Assembly: GCA_947624945.1 (NCBI GenBank)
Contig: CANQMJ010000001.1
Coordinates: forward strand, 1 to 37,702
Direction: 5' to 3'
DNA from: an uncultured Clostridia bacterium
GTDB taxonomy: Bacteria > Bacillota > Clostridia > Oscillospirales > CAG-272
DNA length: 37,702 nucleotides
Positions 1-9,236 of this stretch are shown piece by piece. The notes beneath the pieces are model-generated. The model made no database searches and had not been told where the DNA came from. It worked only from the letters and a program-made list of their open reading frames with translations. The position numbers were made by a program, and so were the translations under genes. The first letter of the stretch is position 1. The number at the start of each line of letters is the position of its first letter.

Positions 1-30
1 GACGAACACACGGGAGCCTCTTTCGGGTTC

Positions 31-68
31 GACAAGGGGGACTTTCTTGCGAGAAAGTCCCCCTTGTC
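31..68. repeat. Perfect 16-bp-stem hairpin (gacaagggggactttc / gaaagtcccccttgtc, 6-nt loop)
   Basis: Both arms read directly and are exact reverse complements. No U-tract follows on either strand, so it is not a classical terminator. Confidence 0.8.
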
Positions 69-255
69 AAAAACCTGCTCTAAGGTGTGAAAGACGTCAC
101 CACGTCAAGTGTGCAAAGGTAGCTGCCGGTGGGTACAGACTGTACATTGAACCGCGGTGAGCGGAGATGCGAGCTATGGCAACGGTTGAGCGATTACGCG
201 AAAAGTGCGGGTGAAACACTGCGTTATTTTCAGCAAAAGTTTTTGAAAGGGGTCC

Positions 256-285
256 GGGGGAAAACTTTTCAAAAAGTTTTCCCCC
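256..285. repeat. Perfect 30-nt palindromic hairpin gggggaaaactttt-ca-aaaagttttccccc
   Basis: Exact self-complementarity (about 13 bp usable stem). Shares the aaaagtttt/gaaaactt word with the arm ends of the 15.7 kb palindrome. Confidence 0.75.
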
Positions 286-291
286 TGAAAA

Positions 292-320
292 TTGCATTTT
301 ATTTGAATCTATGGTACAAT
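292..320 (+). promoter_or_regulatory. Putative sigma-A promoter for the GH43 gene
   Basis: TTGCAT (292-297), 17-nt spacer, TG-extended TACAAT (315-320). RBS aaaggggg lies before the ATG at 343. Confidence 0.5.
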
Positions 321-342
321 AAAATAAAAAGGGGGCGATGTT

Positions 343-1299
343 ATGAAATACAACAGTCCGTTAGTTGAGCAGAGGGCGGACCCGCACGTATACAAGCACA
401 CGGACGGGTGGTACTATTTTACGGGCAGCGTGCCGTCGTACGACAGAATAGAGCTGCGCAGGTCAAAGACGATAAACGGTCTTACGACGGCGGAGACCGT
501 CGACGTATGGCACAAGCACGAGCACGGACCGATGGGGAACCACATCTGGGCGCCCGAGCTTCATTATCTCGATGGCAAATTCTACATCTATTTCGGCGCG
601 GGCGAAGCGGAAAACAAGTGGGCGCTGCGTCCGTACGTCATCGAATGCGAGGGACAGGACCCGATGCGGGACCCGTGGCGCGAGCTTGGCATGATGCAGC
701 GTGCAGACGACGATGAGTCGTCGTTCACGGGATTTTCTCTCGACGGCACCGTGTTCGAGGCGGACGGCAAGCGGTATTATGTGTGGGCGGAAAAGGTCGG
801 CTTCGGCAACGGGCTTCTGACCTCGAATCTCTACATAGCGGAGATGGCGACGCCGTGGAAGCTCAAAACGCCCGCGATGCTCCTGACTACTCCCGACTAC
901 GACTGGGAGCGCATCGGCTTCTGGGTCGACGAGGGACCGTACGCGCTCATCACCGATAAGAAAATATTCGTCACATTCTCGTCGTCGGCGACGGGAGCCT
1001 GCTACTGCATGGGCATGATGGAGGCGGACAGAGGCGCCGACCTGCTCGACCGCAATTCGTGGCGCAAGTCGAGACACCCCGTGCTCGAAACGGACGCGGA
1101 ACGCGGCGTATTCGGCCCCGGCCACAACTGCTTCACGGTCGCGGAGGACGGAAAGACCGTGCTCTCAATATACCACGCGCGCCCGTATGAAAAGATAGTG
1201 GGCGACCCGCTCTACGACCCGAACCGCCACGCTCACGTCATGGAGGTCAGCTTTGACAGCGACGGCAGACCTGTATTCGATCTGTCCGCACAGGAGTAA
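343..1299 (+). CDS. Glycoside hydrolase family 43 (arabinofuranosidase/xylosidase-like)
   Basis: 318-aa ORF. N-terminus ADPHVYKHTDGWYYFTGS is typical of the GH43 five-bladed propeller catalytic Asp region. WAPELHY and later blade motifs are present. RBS present. Confidence 0.8.
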   Translation: MKYNSPLVEQRADPHVYKHTDGWYYFTGSVPSYDRIELRRSKTINGLTTAETVDVWHKHEHGPMGNHIWAPELHYLDGKFYIYFGAGEAENKWALRPYVIECEGQDPMRDPWRELGMMQRADDDESSFTGFSLDGTVFEADGKRYYVWAEKVGFGNGLLTSNLYIAEMATPWKLKTPAMLLTTPDYDWERIGFWVDEGPYALITDKKIFVTFSSSATGACYCMGMMEADRGADLLDRNSWRKSRHPVLETDAERGVFGPGHNCFTVAEDGKTVLSIYHARPYEKIVGDPLYDPNRHAHVMEVSFDSDGRPVFDLSAQE

Positions 1300-1304
1300 A
1301 TCAT

Positions 1305-3725
1305 TTGCAGACTAAGGAATATAGAGAAAAATATCTGAAACTCAAACGCATGCTGTTTTTCCGCGCGTACGCGGACTTAAACGACATGCAGCGCCAAGCG
1401 GTCACGACTGTGTCGGGACCGCTTCTCGTGCTTGCGGGCGCGGGCAGCGGAAAGACGACGGTGCTCGTCAGGCGCATCGTGCATATAATCAAGTACGGCG
1501 ACGGGTTCGAGTCCGAATACGTGCCGGACGACGCAGACGAGAGCACGCTTCTGCGATATGAATACGCGCTCAAAACTCTGTCGCCGCGCGAGATCGAGGA
1601 GATGATACTGCCCGACTTCGCACACGCGAAGTGTCCGCCGTGGGCGATGCTCGCGATCACGTTCACGAACAAGGCGGCGGGCGAGATAAAGTCGCGTCTT
1701 GCATCAGCGCTCGAGGGAGTCGATGTTGACGGCGGCGCCGGCGACATTTGGGCGGGCACGTTCCACTCGATATGCATGCGCATACTGCGCGCGCACGGCG
1801 ACCTTGTCGGATATTCGCGCGGATTCACCGTCTACGACACCGACGACACGAAAAAGCTCGTCTCCGACTGCATGAAGGACTTGTCGATAGACGAAAAGAC
1901 GATGCCGATACGCGCCGTCATGAACACGATATCGCGCGCGAAGGACAGGCTCCAAACGTGCGAGCAGTTCGACGTGTCCGCGCACGCGAACGGGGATTTC
2001 CGCACGGAAAAGATAGCGGAAATATACAAAATGTACGAGTCTCGTCTGCGCGCGTCGAACGCGCTCGACTTCGACGACATAATCATGGCGACGGTGACGC
2101 TTCTGTCCGAGCACGAGGACGTGCGCGACTACTACCGCCGCAAGTTCCGCTACGTCTCCGTCGACGAGTATCAGGACACGAACTACGCGCAGTTCAGACT
2201 GACGGCTCTTCTGACCGGCGAGCACAACAACCTCATGGTCGTCGGCGACGACGACCAGAGCATATACAAGTTCCGCGGCGCGACGATAGAGAACATACTC
2301 GGCTTCGACCGCGAATACGAGGACGTTAAGATAATCAAGCTCGAGCAGAATTACCGCTCGACGGCGACGATACTCAAAGCCGCGAATTCGCTAATCGCGA
2401 AAAACAAGGGACGACGCGGCAAGAATCTGTGGTGCGACGGCGAGGAGGGCGCGAAGATAACGCTGTCCGAGCTCGACAACCAAAACGACGAGGCGAAGTA
2501 CATAGCGGACACCGTCGAGGCGGCGGTGTCGGCGGGCGAGGCGGCGTATAAAGATTTCGCCGTGCTCTACCGCATGAACGCGCAGTCGTCGCCGATAGAG
2601 ACGGCGTTCGCGAAGGCGGGGATGCCGTACCGCATGCTCGGAGGGCTTCGCTTCTACGACCGCAAGGAGATACGTGACGTCATCGCGTATCTCTGCGTCA
2701 TCGAGAACAAAAACGACGCCGTGCGCCTCAAGCGCATCATAAACGAGCCGAAGCGCAAGATAGGTGCGGCGGCAGTCGCTGCGGCGGAGCAGATAGCGGC
2801 AGTCGAGGGCAGGTCGCTCTACGGCGTCATAGCGGACGCGGACGGGTACATAGCGCTCGCAAGGAGCGCGGCGGCGATGAAGTCGTTTGTCGACATAATG
2901 GAGACGCTGCGCGAATTCGCCGCGTCGGCGACAGTCGCGGAGACTATTGACAGGACGCTCGAGCTGACCGGATACCGCGAAATGCTCGTCGCGGGCGGCG
3001 ATGCGGAGCGCGACAGGCTCGAAAACGTCGAGCAGCTCATATCAAACGCATACGAATACGGGCAGTCGAACGAGGACGCGACTTTGTCCGGCTTTCTCGA
3101 GGAGGTGGCGCTCGTCTCGGATGTGGACAAATACGACGAGACCGCCGACGCCGTCGTTTTGATGACGATACACAGTGCGAAGGGACTCGAATTTCCTATC
3201 GTGTTCCTTCCGGGCATGGAGGACGGCATATTCCCCGGCATGCAGTCGGCGAGCATTGAATCCGAGCTCGAGGAGGAGAGGCGGCTCGCCTACGTCGCGG
3301 TGACGCGGGCGAAGCGTCGGCTCTACATCACGCGCGCGCATTCGCGCATGCTGTACGGGCAGACGAGGTATAACCCGCCGTCGCGGTTCATCGCCGAGAT
3401 GCCGCCCGAATGTATCGACGACCTGTCGGCGGAGAAACGACGTCAGCGCGAGCTTATGCGCGAGCAGTTCCGCGCCGAGAGAGAGGCGATGAAGCAGAAG
3501 CCGCAGTTCCGCGACGGCGCGGGCGTGAAGGTGGAGATACACAAGGTCGAGGCGCCTACGGTGACGTTTGCGCCGGGAACGATAGTGCGCCACCGCACGT
3601 TCGGACGCGGCGAGATAATATCGGCGACGATGATGGGCGGCGACGTCATGTACGAGATAATATTCGACGACGTCGGCACGAAAAAGCTCATGGCGAGCTT
3701 CGCAAAGCTGACAAAGGAAACGTAA
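1305..3725 (+). CDS. pcrA: ATP-dependent DNA helicase PcrA/UvrD family
   Basis: Walker A AGAGSGKT, motif II VDEYQDTN, and the later helicase region VAVTRAKRRLYIT. C-terminal Tudor-like tail. TTG start at 1305 sits 8 nt after aggag; an alternative ATG at 1350 is possible. Confidence 0.9.
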   Translation: MQTKEYREKYLKLKRMLFFRAYADLNDMQRQAVTTVSGPLLVLAGAGSGKTTVLVRRIVHIIKYGDGFESEYVPDDADESTLLRYEYALKTLSPREIEEMILPDFAHAKCPPWAMLAITFTNKAAGEIKSRLASALEGVDVDGGAGDIWAGTFHSICMRILRAHGDLVGYSRGFTVYDTDDTKKLVSDCMKDLSIDEKTMPIRAVMNTISRAKDRLQTCEQFDVSAHANGDFRTEKIAEIYKMYESRLRASNALDFDDIIMATVTLLSEHEDVRDYYRRKFRYVSVDEYQDTNYAQFRLTALLTGEHNNLMVVGDDDQSIYKFRGATIENILGFDREYEDVKIIKLEQNYRSTATILKAANSLIAKNKGRRGKNLWCDGEEGAKITLSELDNQNDEAKYIADTVEAAVSAGEAAYKDFAVLYRMNAQSSPIETAFAKAGMPYRMLGGLRFYDRKEIRDVIAYLCVIENKNDAVRLKRIINEPKRKIGAAAVAAAEQIAAVEGRSLYGVIADADGYIALARSAAAMKSFVDIMETLREFAASATVAETIDRTLELTGYREMLVAGGDAERDRLENVEQLISNAYEYGQSNEDATLSGFLEEVALVSDVDKYDETADAVVLMTIHSAKGLEFPIVFLPGMEDGIFPGMQSASIESELEEERRLAYVAVTRAKRRLYITRAHSRMLYGQTRYNPPSRFIAEMPPECIDDLSAEKRRQRELMREQFRAEREAMKQKPQFRDGAGVKVEIHKVEAPTVTFAPGTIVRHRTFGRGEIISATMMGGDVMYEIIFDDVGTKKLMASFAKLTKET

Positions 3726-3769
3726 ACGCAAGGGGAGCCGAATCGTACAGCGGACAGGAAATCGGTGAA

Positions 3770-4513
3770 ATGAGCAAAGCGCAAAACATATTTGATAATC
3801 AGGATTTTTTTGACGGATACAAAAAGCTGCGCGACAATCGGTACAGCGCAAACGATCTTGAGGAAAAACCTGCTCTCTTCTCTCTTTCGCCCGATCTCCG
3901 CGGTAAAGATGTACTTGATCTCGGATGCGGTTACGGCGAAAACTGCGCCGAGTTCAAGGCACGCGGAGCGGCTTCGGTTTTAGGTGTGGATATTTCCCAA
4001 AAAATGCTCGCGGTCGCGACAGCAGCGCATCCGGATATTGAATTTATCTGCGCGGACATGAGCGATCTTTCGTTTCTGAACCGCAAATTCGACGTAGTAT
4101 TCAGCTCGCTCGCGCTGCATTATATTGACGATTTTCGAGCGCTTGTAAGGGGCGTATACAGTCTGCTGAATGCGGGCGGTTATTTCATCTTCTCACAGGA
4201 GCACCCGCTGACGACCGCGCCGATCGGGGGAGCCGGCTGGACAAAAGACAGCGACGGCAACGTACTCCATTACAACTTAACGGATTATGCATGCTGCGGA
4301 AAGCGCATCACAAGGTGGATCGTCGACGGCGTCGAAAAGTATCACCGCACTTTCTCCGAGATCGTAAATACACTTGTCGACGCGGGCTTTACCGTTGAAA
4401 AAATGCTTGAGCCTGCCCCGACGCAGGAGACGATCGAACGCGATAAGAGCTGGGAAAAAGACCTGCATAAACCGAATTTTCTTCTTGTCAAAGCAATGAA
4501 ACGATATGAGTGA
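3770..4513 (+). CDS. Class I SAM-dependent methyltransferase
   Basis: Motif I VLDLGCGYGENC. ATG at 3770 (MSKAQNIF...) chosen because the 3410 start in the ORF track overlaps pcrA and encodes Arg-rich junk. Confidence 0.8.
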   Translation: MSKAQNIFDNQDFFDGYKKLRDNRYSANDLEEKPALFSLSPDLRGKDVLDLGCGYGENCAEFKARGAASVLGVDISQKMLAVATAAHPDIEFICADMSDLSFLNRKFDVVFSSLALHYIDDFRALVRGVYSLLNAGGYFIFSQEHPLTTAPIGGAGWTKDSDGNVLHYNLTDYACCGKRITRWIVDGVEKYHRTFSEIVNTLVDAGFTVEKMLEPAPTQETIERDKSWEKDLHKPNFLLVKAMKRYE

Positions 4514-4620
4514 GATTTTTTTCACCGACGATGAAAAAGCAAGAACGGGTGAGTCCGCATCTGACCGTCGTTTTCCGAAAGATAAAAAGTGGTATTTTGA
4601 GACAGAAGGTGAGTGTAAAT

Positions 4621-5043
4621 ATGAAAAGAGTTCTTTGCATCGCCGCCCTCTCGATTGTCTTTCTGCTTACATCATGTATAAGCAATCTGACGTCGAAAGA
4701 GAGTATTGAAAACCTCTACACAAAAAACGAGAAACTGTTTATCGACGCCGCGTCAAGCGGAGATTTTGCGGACCTCGAAAAAATAAACGGCGTATGGGAA
4801 GTTTCGGTGAAGGATGATCATGTAGATATAAAGTGCGGCGGCAGCGGTCTCGGCTCAAGCACGAATTATTACGGCATATTCTATTCCGAAAATGACGATC
4901 TTTGCGCCGTCGACGTTGCGGGACCGCGCGACGAGCTTGTCGCGGACGGGAACGGATACAGATATGTGCAGTCCGACGGCGACAATGAATACTATGTCGA
5001 ACCGCTCGGAAACCACTATTTCTACTATGAAGCGCATTTTTGA
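4621..5043 (+). CDS. Small lipoprotein, unknown function
   Basis: MKRVLCIAALSIVFLLTSC: signal peptide plus lipobox (LLTSC). RBS aaggtgag upstream of ATG 4621. Confidence 0.6.
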   Translation: MKRVLCIAALSIVFLLTSCISNLTSKESIENLYTKNEKLFIDAASSGDFADLEKINGVWEVSVKDDHVDIKCGGSGLGSSTNYYGIFYSENDDLCAVDVAGPRDELVADGNGYRYVQSDGDNEYYVEPLGNHYFYYEAHF

Positions 5044-5072
5044 TAAACAGCTTCATGATCGTAAAAACGCAA

Positions 5073-5097
5073 GGGAGCCGCAGAACGGCTCCCTTTT
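5073..5097 (+). terminator. Rho-independent terminator
   Basis: gggagccg / cggctccc stem, 5-nt loop, then TTTT. Confidence 0.75.
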
Positions 5098-5120
5098 CCG
5101 CGTCAAAGCGTCTTTGGCAC

Positions 5121-5149
5121 TTGACAAACAGGAGAATTTGTGGTATAAA
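5121..5149 (+). promoter_or_regulatory. Sigma-A promoter for miaA
   Basis: TTGACA (5121-5126), 17-nt spacer, TG-extended TATAAA (5144-5149). Confidence 0.65.
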
Positions 5150-5181
5150 TGTTAGAATAATAAAAGGGGAGAGTGGGCGAG

Positions 5182-6135
5182 ATGCGCGCAGTCGCTGTAT
5201 GCGGGGCGACAGCTACGGGCAAGTCGAAGCTGGCGATAAGGATCGCGGAGACGCTGAACGGCGAGATCGTCAACTGCGACTCGATGCAGATATACCGCGG
5301 CATGGAGATAGGCACTGCAAAGCCGTCGCCGGCTGACCGCGCGCGCGTGCCGCACCACATGTTCGACGTCGCCGATATTGTAGACGGCTACTCCGCCGCC
5401 GAGTACGGAGAGGCGGCGCGGCGCGTCATCGACGAGATAGAGTCGCGGGGACACGTCTCCGTAATCTGCGGCGGCACGGGACTTTACCTTGACGCTGTCG
5501 TGTACGACAACAAGTACAGCGTCGAGGACGGAGACGCGACTATACGTGACGAGCTATACGCATACGCGGCGCAGAACGGCGCTGACGCGCTCCACGAGCG
5601 GCTCGCGGCGGTAGATAAAGCATCCGCGGACGCGATACACAAAAACAACGTGCGCCGTGTCGCAAGAGCGCTCGAAATTTATATCCGCACAGGCAGACCG
5701 AAAAGCGAGTGGGACGCGGAGTCGAGAAAGGACGGCATCGTCCCCGGCATCGCCGTTTTGGGCGTGCGCTACCGCGACCGCGAGCGTCACCGTACCGCGA
5801 TACGAAAGCGATGCGAAAAGATGATAAAGTCGGGGCTCGTTGACGAGGCGAGGACGCTTTATGAGGCGGGTATGCTGATGAACGGCTCCGCCGCGTCGCA
5901 GGCGATAGGGTACAAGGAATTCGTGCCGTATCTGCGCGGCGAGGAAACGATCGACGAAGCCGGGGACAGGCTCTACTACGATACGTGCCGGTACGCGAAG
6001 CGTCAGGCGACGTGGTTTTATAAAAAGGATTACATCAAATGGCTTTACGCGGACGAGATGTCGGAGGACGAGATGCTCGCCGCGGCCGTAGAATATTATA
6101 ACGAAGTCGTAAAAACCTCCGGGACAGCGCATTAA
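5182..6135 (+). CDS. miaA: tRNA dimethylallyltransferase
   Basis: P-loop GATATGKS, then the MiaA signature CDSMQIYRGMEIGTAKP. ATG 5182 preferred to GTG 5173. Confidence 0.9.
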   Translation: MRAVAVCGATATGKSKLAIRIAETLNGEIVNCDSMQIYRGMEIGTAKPSPADRARVPHHMFDVADIVDGYSAAEYGEAARRVIDEIESRGHVSVICGGTGLYLDAVVYDNKYSVEDGDATIRDELYAYAAQNGADALHERLAAVDKASADAIHKNNVRRVARALEIYIRTGRPKSEWDAESRKDGIVPGIAVLGVRYRDRERHRTAIRKRCEKMIKSGLVDEARTLYEAGMLMNGSAASQAIGYKEFVPYLRGEETIDEAGDRLYYDTCRYAKRQATWFYKKDYIKWLYADEMSEDEMLAAAVEYYNEVVKTSGTAH

Positions 6136-6171
6136 AAAGCGTCTCGGTCGGGACTTCGGGAAAGGAGTCAC

Positions 6172-7530
6172 GTGGATCGCGAATATCTGAAGCGCGTCGT
6201 GCTGTACGTTTTCGTATCGGTGCTCGCGATCGGCGTGATAGTGTACGTGGGCGTACACATGGTGCGCGGCTTCACCGCCGACATAGAGACGCAGACCGCG
6301 TACATCGACACGTTTTCCGAGTCGGTGACGCTCGACGCGTACATAATGCGTCATGAGGAGGTCGTCGGCGCGGGCGCCGACGGCACAGTGAATTATCTCG
6401 TCGGCGACGGCGAAAAGGTCGCGGTCGGCGACGAGGTCGCGGACATTTGCAGAGGCGGCGCCGGCGGCATACGCGAGAGGATCGCGGAGATAGACGCGCA
6501 GATAAAGCGTCTCGAAGCCGTGCAGTCGGGGGCGAGATATTCGTCCGTATCGGACGCGACGAACATTGAGGCAAATATACGCGAGCTGACCGTAAACGTC
6601 AGCAGGCGAGTCGCCGAGGGCGATATCGCGTCGGCGAGCGTGGCGTCGGCGCAGCTTTTATCTGAGCTCTGCCGCCACGACATAGTGACGGGCAAAATAG
6701 ACGGCTTTGACGGCGAGATCGCGTCGCTGCGCGCGGAGAGGGAGTCGCTGACCTCACAGCTCACCGATGTGGCGCGGACGATAGTGACGGACAAGAGCGC
6801 GTACTTCTTCTACGACGTCGACGGCTACGAGGACGCGTTCGCGTTCGACGATATTGACGAGGTAACGCTCGACGACATATACGCGATGACGGAAGCGTCG
6901 GTCAAGACGGGGTCGGACGCGATAGGCAAGCTCGTGACGGACTATATGTGGTATGCGGCGGTCACGACCGACCGCAGGACTGCGCTCTACTTTACCGAGG
7001 GCAAGTCGTACGACATCATGTTCGGCTCCGAGGGCGTAACGCTGCCGATGATGTGCAGCCGCGTTCTTACCGTCAAGGGCACGGACGATGAGAGCCGCGC
7101 CGCGGTGATTTTTGCATGCTCGGTCATGCCGGAGGACTTCTCGTATACGCGTATGCAGCCGGTCACGGTGACGGTGCAGTCGTACGAGGGCTACCGCGTG
7201 CCGATATCGGCGGTGCGAGTCGTCAAATACGGGGACGACGACGTAAACGGCGTTTACATACTGTACGGTCAGGTCGTATATTTCAGACGGATCGAGATAG
7301 TGCTGTCGCAGGACGGATACGTTCTCTGCGACAGTCACGCGGACGAGACTGTCGAGGTCGAGGACTATGCGGGTTTCCCCGAGGTAGGCGACGGAGGAGT
7401 CGTTAAAGAGACGGAGCCGCCCGAGACGGAAAAGCCGCCCGAATACGCGTCGGTGCCGTTTTTGCAGCTTTACGACCAGGTCATAGTTTCGGCGCGCGGA
7501 CTTTACGACGGCAAGATAGTGGGCGCGTGA
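6172..7530 (+). CDS. Membrane-anchored HlyD/membrane-fusion-like protein, function unknown
   Basis: N-terminal TM (VVLYVFVSVLAIGVIVYVGV), biotinyl-lipoyl-like segment (GDGEKVAVGDEVADI), coiled-coil stretch, beta-rich C-terminus. GTG start 4 nt after aaaggag. Family call is by resemblance only. Confidence 0.5.
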   Translation: MDREYLKRVVLYVFVSVLAIGVIVYVGVHMVRGFTADIETQTAYIDTFSESVTLDAYIMRHEEVVGAGADGTVNYLVGDGEKVAVGDEVADICRGGAGGIRERIAEIDAQIKRLEAVQSGARYSSVSDATNIEANIRELTVNVSRRVAEGDIASASVASAQLLSELCRHDIVTGKIDGFDGEIASLRAERESLTSQLTDVARTIVTDKSAYFFYDVDGYEDAFAFDDIDEVTLDDIYAMTEASVKTGSDAIGKLVTDYMWYAAVTTDRRTALYFTEGKSYDIMFGSEGVTLPMMCSRVLTVKGTDDESRAAVIFACSVMPEDFSYTRMQPVTVTVQSYEGYRVPISAVRVVKYGDDDVNGVYILYGQVVYFRRIEIVLSQDGYVLCDSHADETVEVEDYAGFPEVGDGGVVKETEPPETEKPPEYASVPFLQLYDQVIVSARGLYDGKIVGA

Positions 7531-7554
7531 GAAAGGTACGGTGACGAATATAAA

Positions 7555-8274
7555 ATGGGCGAGATCATATGCGGATATGACACAGACGTGATACGCGATA
7601 ATTTCGCGCGCGTGCGCGAAAATCTCGAACGTGCGGCGGAGAAGGCGGGAAGAAAGACGCCGCTTCTGATAGCGGCGACAAAGACGGTGCCGGTCGAGGT
7701 CATAAACTTCGCAGCGTCCGAGCTCGGGCTGACCGACATCGGCGAAAACAGAGTGCAGGAGCTGACGGAGAAGTACGACCGCCTTGACAAGAGCTTAAAC
7801 GTACACTTCATCGGCACGCTCCAGACGAACAAGGTGCACAGTGTCGTCGGCAAGGCGTCGGTGATACACTCCGTCGACAGCGTGAAGCTGGCGCGCGAGA
7901 TAGACCGCGTGTCGAAGAAGACGGGCGTCGTCACTGACGTTCTGTGCGAGATAAACATCGGACGCGAGGAGGCGAAGGGCGGCGTTATGCCGGAGGACGC
8001 GGTACCGTTCGCGCTCGAAATAGAGGAGCTTGAGTCGATTTTTGTACGCGGTATGATGACGATGGCGCCGAAATGCGTCGAAAAAACGGATTATCTTAAA
8101 TATTTTGAAGAAACTTACGCTATATTTGTTGACTTTTTGCGAAAAACACGGCATAATATAATAGAACCCGTATTATCAATGGGAATGAGCGACAGCTACG
8201 AATACGCAGCCGCGTCGGGCGCCACGGCGGTCCGCGTCGGACGTGCGCTTTTCGGTGAACGGCTCGTCCCGTGA
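7555..8274 (+). CDS. yggS: YggS/YlmE family pyridoxal-phosphate homeostasis protein
   Basis: Alanine-racemase N-terminal-like fold with candidate PLP lysine in LLIAATKTVP. HFIGTLQTNKV motif. Positioned before sepF as in B. subtilis. Confidence 0.85.
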   Translation: MGEIICGYDTDVIRDNFARVRENLERAAEKAGRKTPLLIAATKTVPVEVINFAASELGLTDIGENRVQELTEKYDRLDKSLNVHFIGTLQTNKVHSVVGKASVIHSVDSVKLAREIDRVSKKTGVVTDVLCEINIGREEAKGGVMPEDAVPFALEIEELESIFVRGMMTMAPKCVEKTDYLKYFEETYAIFVDFLRKTRHNIIEPVLSMGMSDSYEYAAASGATAVRVGRALFGERLVP

Positions 8275-8301
8275 CAATAAAGTTATCGGAGGATAAATAA
8301 A

Positions 8302-8880
8302 ATGGGATTCATGGATAAGATAAAGAAGATCACGGGCGTCGACGGCTACGATGACAACAACTACGAAGACGACGGCTACTACGATGATGTGATCGGCGGC
8401 GGATACGAGAGCGACGCGGACGCGCAGAACTCACAGCCTGTCGACAACGCGCAGACGCAGTATGTGGGAGGCGGTTATTCCGCGCCGACAAACGACCAGT
8501 ACGGCGGTCGCGGTTATCAGCAGCAGTCCCAGTCGACGGCTCCCGCTATGATGGGCGGCATAAATATAGGCGGCTCCGCGCTCCAGATGAAGGTCATACG
8601 TCCCGAGAGCTTCGGTTCCGTCAACCAGATCGCGGATCACCTCCTTTCCCAGCGCACCGTCGTTCTCAACCTCGAGGCGACGAACAAGGAGACGGCGCGC
8701 CGTCTTATCGACTTCCTCTCCGGTGTCGCATATTCTATAGACGGTTCCCTCAAGAGAATAGCCAACAACGCGTACATCATCACGCCGAGCAACGTCGACG
8801 TGAGCGGCGACCAGCTCCGCGAACAGCGCCGTCCGCAGCAGCAGCAGACGTCGGACGACGACGCGGGCTACACGTACTGA
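8302..8880 (+). CDS. sepF: Cell division protein SepF
   Basis: Conserved C-terminal SepF domain (VIRPESFGSVNQIADHLLSQRTVVLNLE...AYIITPSNVDV) after a D/Y/G/Q-rich linker. RBS ggagga. Confidence 0.9.
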   Translation: MGFMDKIKKITGVDGYDDNNYEDDGYYDDVIGGGYESDADAQNSQPVDNAQTQYVGGGYSAPTNDQYGGRGYQQQSQSTAPAMMGGINIGGSALQMKVIRPESFGSVNQIADHLLSQRTVVLNLEATNKETARRLIDFLSGVAYSIDGSLKRIANNAYIITPSNVDVSGDQLREQRRPQQQQTSDDDAGYTY

Positions 8881-8959
8881 TCGGCGAAAGTAAAAAAATA
8901 AAGGCGATAAACACGCCGCTTCCGGGTCTGCGGGCGCGGCGTTTTACCCGTAACAACGA

Positions 8960-9223
8960 ATGATAATACTGTTTGTCAAAACGGCAGCTCTCGCTTTTTT
9001 AAGGGCGGAGATGGCGCTGCTCTTTTTGCGCGCGATACTCTCGTGGATACCTGTCGGTGATTCTGTATACGGCGCCGTCGAGTTCATGACGGAGCCGGTC
9101 ATAGCGCCCGTGCGGAAAATAGTAGACAAAATAATGCCGGACTCGTCGCTGCCGATAGACATATCGTTTATAGCCGCATACGTCATAGTCAGCATTTTTG
9201 AGCTTATTCTGAGCGCGGTATAG
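8960..9223 (+). CDS. yggT: YggT/YlmG family membrane protein
   Basis: 87 aa, two TM segments, LRAILSWIP motif typical of YggT. Synteny after sepF. Confidence 0.8.
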   Translation: MIILFVKTAALAFLRAEMALLFLRAILSWIPVGDSVYGAVEFMTEPVIAPVRKIVDKIMPDSSLPIDISFIAAYVIVSIFELILSAV

Positions 9224-9236
9224 AGCCTTATCGGAT

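Noticed and set aside
140-185. T-box-like words (ggtgggtac ... accgcgg) upstream of the GH43 gene.
   Set aside because: The two halves of the T-box consensus are split by about 14 nt. No specifier loop, AGAGA or GNUGGNA elements, or terminator/antiterminator pair is present. The downstream gene is not an aminoacyl-tRNA or amino-acid gene.
3410-3769. N-terminal extension of the methyltransferase ORF overlapping the pcrA 3' end. Similar track extensions occur at 4510, 14123, 20454, 26258, 28510, 32213, 34380, 35333 and 35952.
   Set aside because: The extensions encode Arg-rich or otherwise implausible sequence and overlap upstream genes. Internal ATGs with an RBS give proteins starting at the conserved N-termini.
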